Shown here: positions 41,429 to 52,023 of the stretch, one piece after another
Layout of the letters: the number at the start of each line of letters is the position of its first letter
How positions within the stretch are numbered: the stretch's first letter is position 1
Assembly (NCBI GenBank): GCA_051599415.1
Contig: AP039692.1
Span: forward strand, 620,001 to 684,000
Reading direction: 5' to 3'
DNA length: 64,000 bases
Source: Savitreella phatthalungensis
Taxonomy: Eukaryota
Program-made: the position numbers and the translations under genes
Notes under the pieces: model-generated
Databases searched by the model: none
Seen by the model: the letters and a program-made list of their open reading frames with translations, nothing else
Told to the model about the DNA's origin: nothing

Positions 41429-43573
41429 CTATCCACCGAGCGTCAACGCCATGAATTTCTCGAGCTTTTCAAGCGCGTCCGTGCCACTGCCATCAAAAAT
41501 GGCTTGGAGTCGTTGGTGTGCGACTGGCTTTGTCATGTCTGCAGGCACTTCCTTGGACTCGATAGGGACTGCGGCTCTGTAGTGGACCGAGAGCCCATCA
41601 TCTTCGGCTGGCAGAAGCGCAGGTGCGCCTTTGGCGTCCGCAAGTGCAGGTACACGTGCGCCGCCGTACCGGCAGACTCTCAGATCTGCTGTGATCTGAA
41701 TGATTTCGGAACCCGCACAAACGAGCGCTAGAGTCTTGGACACCTTTTCCCGATAGGTCGGCTTCGGTGTGTGGGCGTCCCAGATGAACAGCTTGCCCGT
41801 GGTAGGAGTGCTATCGATGGCGACAGCGAATCTGTTACCCTTTGAGCTGACTGCCAAGTGCATCCTCTGTGAGTCCTGGGGCATGAGGAGTCCCCATAAG
41901 TTCTCTCGACGGAGCAGATCATAACAAACGAGCTTCCTCGCACCCAGCAGCACCAGCAGGCGATCGCCAACAAAGCCCAGGTTGACCAGCTTTTTTCCGA
42001 GACCGAGCTGGCAGATGACGTGTTTGACAACACCAGTGGCCATGTCCACGAGGTGGGTCTGTTCGCGTGCGTGGACGGCCAAGAGAGATCGGTCTCGGGA
42101 GAGTGCAGCTTTGACCTTGTGTGCACCCATGAAGAGCGAAAGCTGCCGCGTGCATACCCAAGTCCCTTTCCGCAGGTGCCAAAATTTCATCGAACCGTCC
42201 TGCGCGACACTGAGAACCGAGTTGGAGCTCAGAGGTAGAAGCTGTGAGACGACCGAGTGACCATGGGGGAAGTCGACCCGCGTAACAATCGTGTAAGCTG
42301 CGTCGGCCGACTGAGCTTGCCGCCTGGAGAAGAACTTCATTTGGCAATCGTGTGAGGGCCGAGCAAGACCGTAGCTGGGAAGATCCTCGTTCGGCGGTTG
42401 CCAGACATCACTGGTCACTATCCAGGCATCGTCACCGTCGCCGACAGCGCAGTGAGCCACGACGTACGGCTCATTCGCACGATAGCCGCCAGGCCGTTTA
42501 CCCGCGTACGTGCGTGGTGCTATTGGCGTCCTTGAAGACGATCGCCCAAGAATAAGGTCCCAGGTTTGTATCTCAGAGCCGTTGCCGAGAAGAAGGACGG
42601 GTGCGGTTTCGCTTCCAGCCGCGCACGCGATGAGCTTGTTCCCCTCATAGCGAACGCCTGCAATCTCTGCATGCTGCGCGAGGTCGGCTGCGTTGATGAA
42701 TTTGAAAGTGTTGTCATCGAGCTTGACGGCATACGAGCGGGAGTCTGGCGAGACACAGAGCAAATCGATGCCACGCGGAGAGACGCGTGGCAAAAACTGC
42801 TTTTCTGTCGTGGCCAGCTGCCAGAGGACCAGGACACCTTCTGCGCCTGCCGACAACAAGTACTCGCCATCGAGAGCAAAATCCAGAGCGGTGACTGCGG
42901 AGGCATGCCAGTGTAGACGTCGCGCTATCGACTGATCCGTCTCTGCAACGTGAATCACGCCTGTATTGTCGGCCCAAGCCCAATGCCGCTGAGAAGCTGC
43001 AAATTGAAATGCGGTACCTGAAAATGTTGTGGTAGAGCTAGCTGTCGCCTTTGTGCCTTCGAGAGAAAGGGTGATGAAACCGCCCGCGCGCCAAACGTTG
43101 ACCCTTTCGCCGACAATCACAATGCCGAGCGCATCGGCGAATTCTGCAACCTCTGTATCTTCTGTCTCTGATGAAGCGTGGATGCTCAAGCCGTCTGACC
43201 AGATGATCGTTCCGGCTGTGTTCACGGCGGCGAAGTGGACTCTGTCACCCTGCAGGGTTCTCGTCTCAAGCAAAGCTCCATCTGTCCAGTCAAACACTGT
43301 CAGACCGCCGTCGAGGGTAATGACGACGAGTCTGTAAAGATTTGCTGGATCTAGAAAGAAGGCAGTGACTGGTTGATCAAGATGCAATTGCCGAACAACT
43401 GCTGAGGCCGCGAGATTGCAGACATGCACAGAAGTTCGTGTTGCGATGAAACAGTATTTGGAGTCCGTTGAGAAGACAGGACGAAGATTGGAATATCTGC
43501 CACCTGCTTGACCAGTCGTCTGAGTTGCAGCAGCAGCAGTCTCGCGTGAGCCTTTAGCCTTTGCCCTTGCCAT
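41429..43573 (-). CDS. UTP17: U3 snoRNP WD40 protein UTP17/NAN1
   Basis: PVFSTDSKY and LHWHASAVTAL..DGEYLLSAGAEGVLVLWQL.T.KQFLPR. Confidence 0.82.
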   Translation of the reverse strand: MARAKAKGSRETAAAATQTTGQAGGRYSNLRPVFSTDSKYCFIATRTSVHVCNLAASAVVRQLHLDQPVTAFFLDPANLYRLVVITLDGGLTVFDWTDGALLETRTLQGDRVHFAAVNTAGTIIWSDGLSIHASSETEDTEVAEFADALGIVIVGERVNVWRAGGFITLSLEGTKATASSTTTFSGTAFQFAASQRHWAWADNTGVIHVAETDQSIARRLHWHASAVTALDFALDGEYLLSAGAEGVLVLWQLATTEKQFLPRVSPRGIDLLCVSPDSRSYAVKLDDNTFKFINAADLAQHAEIAGVRYEGNKLIACAAGSETAPVLLLGNGSEIQTWDLILGRSSSRTPIAPRTYAGKRPGGYRANEPYVVAHCAVGDGDDAWIVTSDVWQPPNEDLPSYGLARPSHDCQMKFFSRRQAQSADAAYTIVTRVDFPHGHSVVSQLLPLSSNSVLSVAQDGSMKFWHLRKGTWVCTRQLSLFMGAHKVKAALSRDRSLLAVHAREQTHLVDMATGVVKHVICQLGLGKKLVNLGFVGDRLLVLLGARKLVCYDLLRRENLWGLLMPQDSQRMHLAVSSKGNRFAVAIDSTPTTGKLFIWDAHTPKPTYREKVSKTLALVCAGSEIIQITADLRVCRYGGARVPALADAKGAPALLPAEDDGLSVHYRAAVPIESKEVPADMTKPVAHQRLQAIFDGSGTDALEKLEKFMALTLGG

Positions 43574-44423
43574 CACGGCAAACCCCTTCAGTTGACCACT
43601 GGAAAACGAAAGACGATAGGGAACGCTGGTAATCGATGGAAAGGACTAACACGACCGTCTGAAGATGATTAATCAGTTAGGATCTGTCGTGAAAGAAGAA
43701 GCGGATGAGTATCTATTCTTATGTCAAGGTTGATGGTACCTGATTGATCAGATCAATATCGGTGTTTTGCCCACGTCTGAACATGGATGCATAGACGTGT
43801 ACGTAGGTATACTGTACGTACGTACGTGTATGCATAATCTGAGCCAATATCGTACGGATAGATACACGTGCAAATTCGAAACGGTGCAAGCACACTCATG
43901 CATACATACACACAGACACATACATACAGTATCGCTCGCTCACATTACCGCATCTGACTATTCATCAAAGTCATTGAGATAATCGATTCACGGGTATCTG
44001 TACATTGAGTAGATCGATTGTTGCTCAAAGTCCTTCTCAGAAAGTGTCATCTACCTTACAGAGTAAGATCTGTGGAGTGAATAGCTAGCTCATAGTTTCA
44101 GAGAACAAGCAATCAATCTTCAGACCCGACCATTTTGCATTTGCACTCTGATCGACTGCACAGGCTCCACCAATTTCTGCATAGTCTGTTCCAGCTATCC
44201 GCTTGACTCATTTTACATAGCAGCAGAATCTGATCTCAGTCTGGAAATATCCATACTGCACACTGAGCCAGGAATTGTCAAAATTGAGCAATCCATGCGA
44301 CCTGAGCTGAATTCTATAATGATCAATAGCTAGCTACGTGCTCGATTCTTTTCTTTAAATACGGAACGGGACGCGGATCCAGCCAACCCGCGGCCCGCCC
44401 ATCCGCTCGATCATCTACTCGAC

Positions 44424-44470
44424 CACTCACTCACTCACTCACTCACTCACTCACTCACTCAATCACTCAC
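44424..44470 (+). repeat. (CACT)n microsatellite
   Basis: About 9 perfect CACT units plus a degenerate tail. Confidence 0.95.
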
Positions 44471-44714
44471 CCGGTCACTTCTCCTGCAAGTGAGGCTCTA
44501 TCGTGCATATGTGAACTGACAACGACCAAAAAAACTCCCGAGCGAGCGAGCGTTCAGAGAACAGAGCACAGACCGTAGAGCAGAGAAGAACAAAGCACAT
44601 GCAGAGCACAGACCGAATATCCCGAATGAATTGTGTTAGGTGGGCTAACCCTATACACACATGAGTGGCCGATACACATATGAGTGGGTAGTCACTCACT
44701 CAATTTCCCATTGA

Positions 44715-44790
44715 CACATCCACATCCACATATCCACATCCACATATCCACATATTCACATCCACATCCAGATTCGCACCCACATTCACA
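44715..44790 (+). repeat. Degenerate (CACATC/CACATAT)n simple repeat
   Basis: cacatccacatccacatatccacatccacatatccacatattcacatccacatcc... Confidence 0.85.
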
Positions 44791-45073
44791 TGCATAAAAT
44801 TATGTATTCCATATGTTGACTGATACGACCGACCTTCTGCGTCATCAGGTCAAAGCACCTACCTACCTACATACTACTAACTCAACCAACGATAACATCT
44901 CAGAGAAAAGGACACTGGTGCCACAAACAGCTCGATCTCAAAAGCTCATGCATCCTACACCATCCACTGTACTATAACACGCATCCTCATCAACATCTAC
45001 AGCACGTAAACGATCGTCTGATCCTCACAATCGTTTTCCAGCGTGGTTCAAGCCAGGAACTCCACGCTGGAGC

Positions 45074-46048
45074 ATGCTTAAAGATGAAGTGGTGAATCTA
45101 CTAAGTCAACCCACATGGGCTCAACCGGACGAAGATGCAGTCCTCATACCATACACATATCTCCTCACCAATCCAGGCAAGGACATTCGCACTCTCCTCA
45201 TCGCAGCTCTAAATAGATGGGTCGGTCTAGATGACCAACGCCTGCTCGAGCTTCAACAAATCGTCGAGATGCTTCATACTGCCTCACTCCTGGTCGATGA
45301 TGTTGAGGATGCTTCCGTCTTGAGGCGAGGCAAGCCTGCCGCACATCTCAAATTCGGCGTCGGTCAGACGATCAACGCTGCCAATTACGTCTATTTCCTC
45401 GCCTTTGAGAGGATTGGCAGACTCGGCAACAACGCCGTTCAAGCGGCTGCTCTCCCAGAACTTCTCAACCTTCATCGGGGCCAGGGGCTCGAGCTGTATT
45501 GGCGCGACAATGGGATCTGCCCAACAGAGCGGGAATACATCGCCATGGTGAACGACAAAACAGGTGGTCTCTTGCGCCTCGCAATTCGCGTCATGCTCGC
45601 TCTCGTTCCGAATGATCGTGCGCACGACATCATCGTCCTCGCCAATCTAGTGGGCACGCTTTTCCAGATTCGCGATGACTATATGAATCTAGCATCTCTC
45701 CAGTATGCTCGTGCAAAGGGCTTCGCTGAGGATGTGACAGAGGGCAAGTTCTCGTTCCCTATGGTGCACGCATGTCAACAGGCAGGCAACGACAAGGCCA
45801 CTGATCGTCTACGGGAGATTCTGCGCATGAGGACTGGCGATGTTGCCATCAAGCGCGAGGCAGTCTGCATTCTACGAACAAGTGGCAGTCTCGATTACTG
45901 CCGAGACCAGTGCGACATGCTTCAGAAGGTCTGCACAGAAGAGATTCGACGCCTCGGCGGTAACGACGCACTTGAGCGAATCCTTCGCAAACTCGCCGTC
46001 CTAGACCCCGTTGACGAGGTGTTGCAACACTACGATGTCCTTGTCTAG
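45074..46048 (+). CDS. Geranylgeranyl pyrophosphate synthase (BTS1/al-3 type)
   Basis: PGKDIR, LHTASLLVDDVEDAS.LRRG, LHRGQG, KTGGL, FQIRDDYMNL and EDVTEGKFSFP. Confidence 0.93.
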   Translation: MLKDEVVNLLSQPTWAQPDEDAVLIPYTYLLTNPGKDIRTLLIAALNRWVGLDDQRLLELQQIVEMLHTASLLVDDVEDASVLRRGKPAAHLKFGVGQTINAANYVYFLAFERIGRLGNNAVQAAALPELLNLHRGQGLELYWRDNGICPTEREYIAMVNDKTGGLLRLAIRVMLALVPNDRAHDIIVLANLVGTLFQIRDDYMNLASLQYARAKGFAEDVTEGKFSFPMVHACQQAGNDKATDRLREILRMRTGDVAIKREAVCILRTSGSLDYCRDQCDMLQKVCTEEIRRLGGNDALERILRKLAVLDPVDEVLQHYDVLV

Positions 46049-46249
46049 GCTGTATAGCATATGCCTGGCTGCAGGTATGCATCAATGACTGCGGTCGGCC
46101 GAAAGCCATGAACGTCCGACGACCTTTGCATGTGGGTATGAATCAAAAGTACTGTATACGATATTACATATTTGCCTCTCAGGATGACAAGGACGACCGC
46201 CGATGCGAAATTTGCAATCTCGGCTGCTTGTCTGAACAGATCACCTTCT

Positions 46250-48046
46250 TCAGTGGCCGGAGATGATTGAATCGGCAATCTTTTCTGCAAGAGCGTAGAC
46301 AACCGACTGCGGGTGGCCAGGTGGGAGGACGGCAAAGGAGGATGCATCAACGACACGGAGCTTCGAAACGCCGTAGACACGGGCGGAAGAGTCGACGACC
46401 GCAGTCAGATCATCCGCCTTGCCCATCCGATTAGTACACGAGGCGTGGTAGACGGTGTGGACGTCCTTCCTGATTTGCGCCAGGATCTGCTCGTCCGTCG
46501 CCACCGATGGACCAGGATGATATTCTGTCGAATCAGCCAGGACAGCGGACATGGCCTTCGAGGCGAAAGCTTGGCGGAGGCGCTTGTAGGATGCGACGGC
46601 GACAGCCGCGTCAACAGGGTCCGTCAGCCATCTTGGATCAATGATGGGCAAGTCCGCGGTGGAGGCCGAAGCGAGCGTGACCGTTCCCCTGGAGGCAGGA
46701 GCTACAACAGCCGCAAGGATCGATGCGTACTGGTATCCATCATGCGGCTGGTCAAGCAGCAGATTGCCAAAGTCGCCGACGTATCCAGGAGCAGAGAGAT
46801 ATTCAATCTCGGGCCAACCACCCGGAGCAAGCTGGTCGAGCTTTGCCGCCGTTGCTGCATCAATCACTGACCTGTTGACCTTCTCCCATGCAAGTACGTC
46901 CAAAACCGGATTTGTGAAGACTCCGCGACCTTCACCATACCTCGCGATCTGCTCCGCGGCATAGACCGGGTCGTTCGCAAGCCGGGTCAGGGTATCGACC
47001 TTGACGCGGTACGTTGTCGACCAGAAGCAGTGGTCTTGCATACCCTGACCAACGCCGGGCCTATCAGCGATGACAGGGATGTTGAACTTGTTCAGGGTGT
47101 CCTTTGGCCCGACGCCTGACACCATGAGAAGCTGTGGGCTCTGGAAAGCGCCGGCCGAGACGATCACTTCTTTTCTGGCCGACAGGGTGAAGCCCTTGTC
47201 AGTCAAGACGCCGGTCGCTCTTTTCTGGCCGTCAAACAGAATCTTGCGAGCGGTGGTCAGCTCGTAAACGTTGAGGTTTGGGCGGTTTGACGCAGCATTG
47301 AGGAAACTCGTCTGAGAAGACTCCCGCGACTCAGAGGCAGGATTGATAGTCGATGAGCAGTATCCGACACCGCTGAGCTGCCCGTTGTTGAAGGACGGTG
47401 AAGTCGGAAGGCCAATTTCGTTCAGTGATGCTTCAATGTATGATGAAAAAGGGCTAGCATAGTTCGCATAACTGATCTGGAGAGGTCCACCACTAGTGTC
47501 GAAGTCTGCGCTGTTGAATCGCACGGATGCATTTGCGGCCCTCTTGCTGGTGTCCGGTTCGTGGAACTGGACAGATCTTCGGAAGTACTTATCAAAGTTG
47601 TCAAATCGATAAGAGTCGTCACCCGTCAGGTCAGCCCAGCGGTCCAGCGACGACCGTTCAGCCTTATGGTAGGCCATGAAGTTGAGAGCGCTCGAGCCTC
47701 CTAAGGTCTTCCAACGCGGGTAGCGGATACGCCGATCAGCCGCACCCTGCTGAGGTACGGTGACGAACGACCAGTCGACCAGGGGGTTCGTGTCACTTGG
47801 GTCGGATCCTGCGAATAGAACATCCCCGGCCGGCGTGGAAGCAATGAATGGATCAGTCAGCTCGTAGTAAGTGCCGGCCTCCACGACCGCTACACTTGTC
47901 TTCCCATCTGCGCTGAGCCTATTGGCAATGGCGAGGCCGCCAGTGCCCCCGCCTACCACAACATAATCATAAGCAGCATCGAGAGTCAGAGAAACGCCAG
48001 CCAATGGCACAGCCACGGCTGACGAGACAAGCAGTAACGATAGCAT
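46250..48046 (-). CDS. Secreted GMC oxidoreductase (AA3 family)
   Basis: Signal peptide, YDYVVVGGGTGG, TLGGSSALN, EVIVSAGAFQSPQLLMVSGVGP, catalytic YH and GHP, LRVVDAS. Confidence 0.92.
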   Translation of the reverse strand: MLSLLLVSSAVAVPLAGVSLTLDAAYDYVVVGGGTGGLAIANRLSADGKTSVAVVEAGTYYELTDPFIASTPAGDVLFAGSDPSDTNPLVDWSFVTVPQQGAADRRIRYPRWKTLGGSSALNFMAYHKAERSSLDRWADLTGDDSYRFDNFDKYFRRSVQFHEPDTSKRAANASVRFNSADFDTSGGPLQISYANYASPFSSYIEASLNEIGLPTSPSFNNGQLSGVGYCSSTINPASESRESSQTSFLNAASNRPNLNVYELTTARKILFDGQKRATGVLTDKGFTLSARKEVIVSAGAFQSPQLLMVSGVGPKDTLNKFNIPVIADRPGVGQGMQDHCFWSTTYRVKVDTLTRLANDPVYAAEQIARYGEGRGVFTNPVLDVLAWEKVNRSVIDAATAAKLDQLAPGGWPEIEYLSAPGYVGDFGNLLLDQPHDGYQYASILAAVVAPASRGTVTLASASTADLPIIDPRWLTDPVDAAVAVASYKRLRQAFASKAMSAVLADSTEYHPGPSVATDEQILAQIRKDVHTVYHASCTNRMGKADDLTAVVDSSARVYGVSKLRVVDASSFAVLPPGHPQSVVYALAEKIADSIISGH

Positions 48047-48563
48047 ATATCGACGTGCATGGCAGATTGGGTTCTCTCATCTTCTCATAGCAAGTCTGAA
48101 GGCAACAGAATTGCACTTCCCCGGCCTCGAATCCCACTAAACCGCTGAGAGGAGATCTGATCCATGCACTTCCCCAGAATGGTCAAGAAGTACTCATATG
48201 CAACAATTTCGCGATCGCTTCCGTGCCGCCCGAGTCAAGAATGTCCTTACCCAGAGACGCGACGCGACCAACCGTTCCTTGAGATTGAGACATTTCGACT
48301 GTGTCGATCGCGGAACGTCCGCTTGTGGGATTTGTGGAGAAGGCGGCTCCTAGACCAATCGGAATACTCAATTGTGAGTATATCCGAATGGCCAAATACA
48401 GGTTTGACAGGCTTCGGCTTGGAATGAATAAGGCGATCCGCATCAGCTAAGAACTACGGGGTTGGAGCATACCTTTGATTTAATGGAAGAGACTGCGGTT
48501 CGCTCTGCAGGAGCAAATAGGATAACCAATCAAGGGTCCCAGTCGGACCGGCCTGAAAACCTG

Positions 48564-51320
48564 TCAAATGTAGAAGGTGGAATTTGCGATGCGGCTGTGT
48601 ATCTTGCCGTTCCACTTCGGTTCTTCTTGCTGTCCGCGGACCTCGTAGAATTGGTCAACTTGATAGAGGCGAGCGCGTTCGCATAGCAAATCAGCGTAGT
48701 ACGCCGGCGGGCAGATTGAGACTGCCTTCGTCGCGCGAACGTATACGTGCGAGAGTTCGAAAACACCTTGTTGTAGATCGTTTGCGGAGAGGCCAATCTC
48801 GTCGTGCACAAGAATATAGCGGCCGGGGCGACTGGAACCCTGCAAGCCGGCCTGCGCCGTCAGGAAAAAATCATTTAGCCCGCTGTCCGTGACGCCCCGA
48901 TCCACAACGGTACCTGGCGCACAGTTGACGTTCTTTCCCTGGGCATCAGCAGCGCTCGTGGGATAGAAGCGAGTGTGGTGACGCTTAGAGACCACGATCA
49001 TAGCCATCTTAGGCCAATTAGCTTGAGCGCCGTAGAGGCGCGAGAATGCCTGGCGGAAACTCGGTATCTCTTGATTGACAACGATCCTGAGCTGACCCTC
49101 AGACACACCATCACGATAGACGATGACCCGTTTCGGTAACTTGCCTGAGTTTGCGCTTCTGAAGGCCGTCAGACGTTCGACAATCATGTCTGCAAGGTCC
49201 GTTACCATTTCCTTTCGGGACTCCTGGCATCTGATGCTCGCAGGCCATTGTCCGAGCAGCTTGCTTGTGTTTGCAACCACCCCAGCAACCGATGGTGCGC
49301 TCTCGGCACTACCAGGAGCGGGATGCGTCACATCGATCCCGACCAACATCGTTGACTCGTCGATATACTTGAGTGCATCGCGCGTCGTGTGATTGATCCC
49401 ACCACCCTTGGTATTGAACTTCATCGCGATATTCGCGAAGTATTGAGCCTGACCTTGAACTTTTTGCAGCTTTGCCGAAACGCAGCAGACTGTTTGGACG
49501 CCATGTACGACATCTCCGAGATACTTGATCCGCGAATACAGCCAGCGGTCAGCTTCACGCAAGACTACAAGACAAATCTCCACGCCTTTAGCAGCCATTG
49601 CAGCGATTTGCCGTTGGAGCACAGTGAAGTTCGCCTCTCGATTTGTTTGAGTCAACTGCTGTAGAGTAGTTTCGTGGCGATCGGGAAACTTATCGAACAA
49701 TACACCTGATGCTTTGAAGGCCGTCATCAGTGCGGTCACAGTCTCTCTAGGCGTGTCGAGTGACTTTCGTGGTCCGAAATTGATGTCCATCACCGCCCAG
49801 TGCTTGAAACGTGTGCCACGGAAGAAGTGCTTGCCAATGAGGTTCCAGCTTCCTTCCTTTGGAACCATCGTGGCACCACCGTAAGCGATAGTCGGAGCCT
49901 GCAGGATCCTGCCTTGCACGGCAATCATACGTTTGTCAATTTTGATGCCGAAGGTGGCCAATCTCTGCACGTCGTACATGTCTAGTCCTTCGCTCTGAAT
50001 AAAATGCGCGTTGAGATTCGGCGCGCGAGCTGCGGTGAGGATCATCTCCTTTGTTTGATTGGCGTTCAGAATACGCCTAACAGCCTGCCCACGCATCACT
50101 GTGCAAAGCTCGCTTGGGATGTAAATCGGTTTGTCTGGTCGACCAACATTGACGCAAGGAAGGTCGAGCTTGAGCTGAATGCCATGCTGCTTTGCGAAGT
50201 AGTCGTGGACGTTTGTTTTGACACCTTCCACTTCGAAGATTTGATCGCGTGGCGATTTGCCTAGCCCAATGATGGTCTTGACCTTTTTCACTGTAATGCG
50301 TGGGTCGACCGTGCCATCTGCGCGTTTGCCCTTCAAGTACTGCGTCTCGACTTTGAGCAAGCGAATTAAAGCCGGCAGGTCTTGCGGTCGCACCTCTCGC
50401 ATCAAGTCCACGAGAGGCTGCGGCTTGAAAAAGGCTGCATTACAGACGTTGATGTTAAGCAACAGCCTACTTGTGCCACATCTGACAGAGGCGTAGAAGC
50501 CACGCAGGGCACGTAAACCTCCAGAGAGATCGCCCTCTCCAGGAGGGGATTGGTCAGTGAAAAACTTGTTGTCCTGACCAAGGCGGTACACGTTGGATTG
50601 ACGGTTCGCCAGGGATCCTACGACAATGTTCAGAAGCTGTGTCATTTCATCTTTGACCGCGAGCAATTCGCTCGGAGACCTTTGCTTAAGTGCTTCCACC
50701 AATTGAGTTAGCGAAAAGCGACCCGTCTCTTGAATCTTGTAGCTGCCTTTCTCCGAGCTGATTACAGTGGACAAATCCGCTTCCCAAACGGCGATGTCTC
50801 CAGTGGTGACGAGGATGCCGGCGTAGTCACACGCAGTCATCACTTTGCTCAGACGAGGATCAGCCAAAATGTACTCGGCAAGTCTACGCCTCTTTGGACG
50901 ACTGAGGCCTTCTGGTGCGCTGATAGCATAACGATAAAGGTCTCCGCCTTCAGGCTTGAGAAGGAAGTAGTTCGCTAGGAGCGTGATAGGACGGCCGAGG
51001 GTACCGTAGCCAGATCGAGGGGGAAAACTGGCGGTCTTGGTCTTTGGTGCACTCACCCGTAGATTTTCCTCACCAGTCACAACTTTATCGACCGTTGATG
51101 TGCCGATGGCGACAGGACCAGGACGCATAGTGACAGCAAGGGACGACATGCCAGAGGTGACTTGACCGAGTGCAGGACCTCTTGTCTGGGAATTCCCACG
51201 TTCGCTACTCGAATGACCTCCGCGTCCGCCATAAGCACCGCGTCCGCTGCCGCGACCACCACGCTCCGCAGTCCCGCCACGACCGGCACCACGACCACGA
51301 TGCCCACCGCGCTGCGACAT
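48564..51320 (-). CDS. Argonaute protein (QDE-2-like), intronless
   Basis: RGG-rich N-terminus, ANYF, PAZ (YF..HGIQL..PCVNVG..YIPSELC) and PIWI motifs VGIDVTHP, KEMV, YRDGVSEGQ, KRHHTRF, PAYYADLLCER, terminal FYI. Confidence 0.95.
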   Translation of the reverse strand: MSQRGGHRGRGAGRGGTAERGGRGSGRGAYGGRGGHSSSERGNSQTRGPALGQVTSGMSSLAVTMRPGPVAIGTSTVDKVVTGEENLRVSAPKTKTASFPPRSGYGTLGRPITLLANYFLLKPEGGDLYRYAISAPEGLSRPKRRRLAEYILADPRLSKVMTACDYAGILVTTGDIAVWEADLSTVISSEKGSYKIQETGRFSLTQLVEALKQRSPSELLAVKDEMTQLLNIVVGSLANRQSNVYRLGQDNKFFTDQSPPGEGDLSGGLRALRGFYASVRCGTSRLLLNINVCNAAFFKPQPLVDLMREVRPQDLPALIRLLKVETQYLKGKRADGTVDPRITVKKVKTIIGLGKSPRDQIFEVEGVKTNVHDYFAKQHGIQLKLDLPCVNVGRPDKPIYIPSELCTVMRGQAVRRILNANQTKEMILTAARAPNLNAHFIQSEGLDMYDVQRLATFGIKIDKRMIAVQGRILQAPTIAYGGATMVPKEGSWNLIGKHFFRGTRFKHWAVMDINFGPRKSLDTPRETVTALMTAFKASGVLFDKFPDRHETTLQQLTQTNREANFTVLQRQIAAMAAKGVEICLVVLREADRWLYSRIKYLGDVVHGVQTVCCVSAKLQKVQGQAQYFANIAMKFNTKGGGINHTTRDALKYIDESTMLVGIDVTHPAPGSAESAPSVAGVVANTSKLLGQWPASIRCQESRKEMVTDLADMIVERLTAFRSANSGKLPKRVIVYRDGVSEGQLRIVVNQEIPSFRQAFSRLYGAQANWPKMAMIVVSKRHHTRFYPTSAADAQGKNVNCAPGTVVDRGVTDSGLNDFFLTAQAGLQGSSRPGRYILVHDEIGLSANDLQQGVFELSHVYVRATKAVSICPPAYYADLLCERARLYQVDQFYEVRGQQEEPKWNGKIHSRIANSTFYI

Positions 51321-52023
51321 GACGACTGAATACCAAAGATCTTTGAATATGTGTGTCTTTCTGTGTTCACAGGCGTTCCTGTGTCGTTTGTCTATGCTGA
51401 AACCCATTCTCACATAAACCTACTATCAATTGGGAACAGGTTTCACCCAACGTGTGGCGAGAATCAGTATAGCGAGCACTCCCTCAGTGAAGCCACGAAG
51501 AGTGATTGATATGGATTGGAATTAATAAAATGCTCTAGGCGGGATTGATTGACTGAAATCGATTGTATTGATGATCATACACATCATCAGCATATTTGTC
51601 TGGCTTTACAAGATATTGCGGTAAAATGAACGTATACATTCGTAGCCATGCAGCACGCGGCTATAGATACATGAGGAGACGTTATTGCGAATCTCAAACG
51701 ATCTCAAGCAAGATTTAGTCATACAAGAAATCTCGTAAGCACTGAAGGTCTGTCTCTGACTCTGCCACTCTGATTCCGCAGACTCGTAAAGCTTATCGGT
51801 CATCGTTGATACAGCCAGTGATCTATGGTCAGCAGCGATCTGAGACATTCCAACCCTAGCATGTAGTGGTGCAAAAACAGTCGTCATGCGCATGTGCGTG
51901 GGCATGCAGCGAAGGAGACAGTAAATAAGTGATCAATTCTAAGAGATTCATATTTTTGAGAATCGGCAAGAGCGTGATGATCGGCCTCTAGTCTAGGCAG
52001 ATTCGCCCGACCGGTGAAAGGTC

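Noticed and set aside
45074..48046. GGPPS + GMC oxidase as a terpenoid biosynthetic cluster
   Set aside because: No terpene cyclase, prenyltransferase or P450 nearby; the GGPPS looks like the primary-metabolism type.
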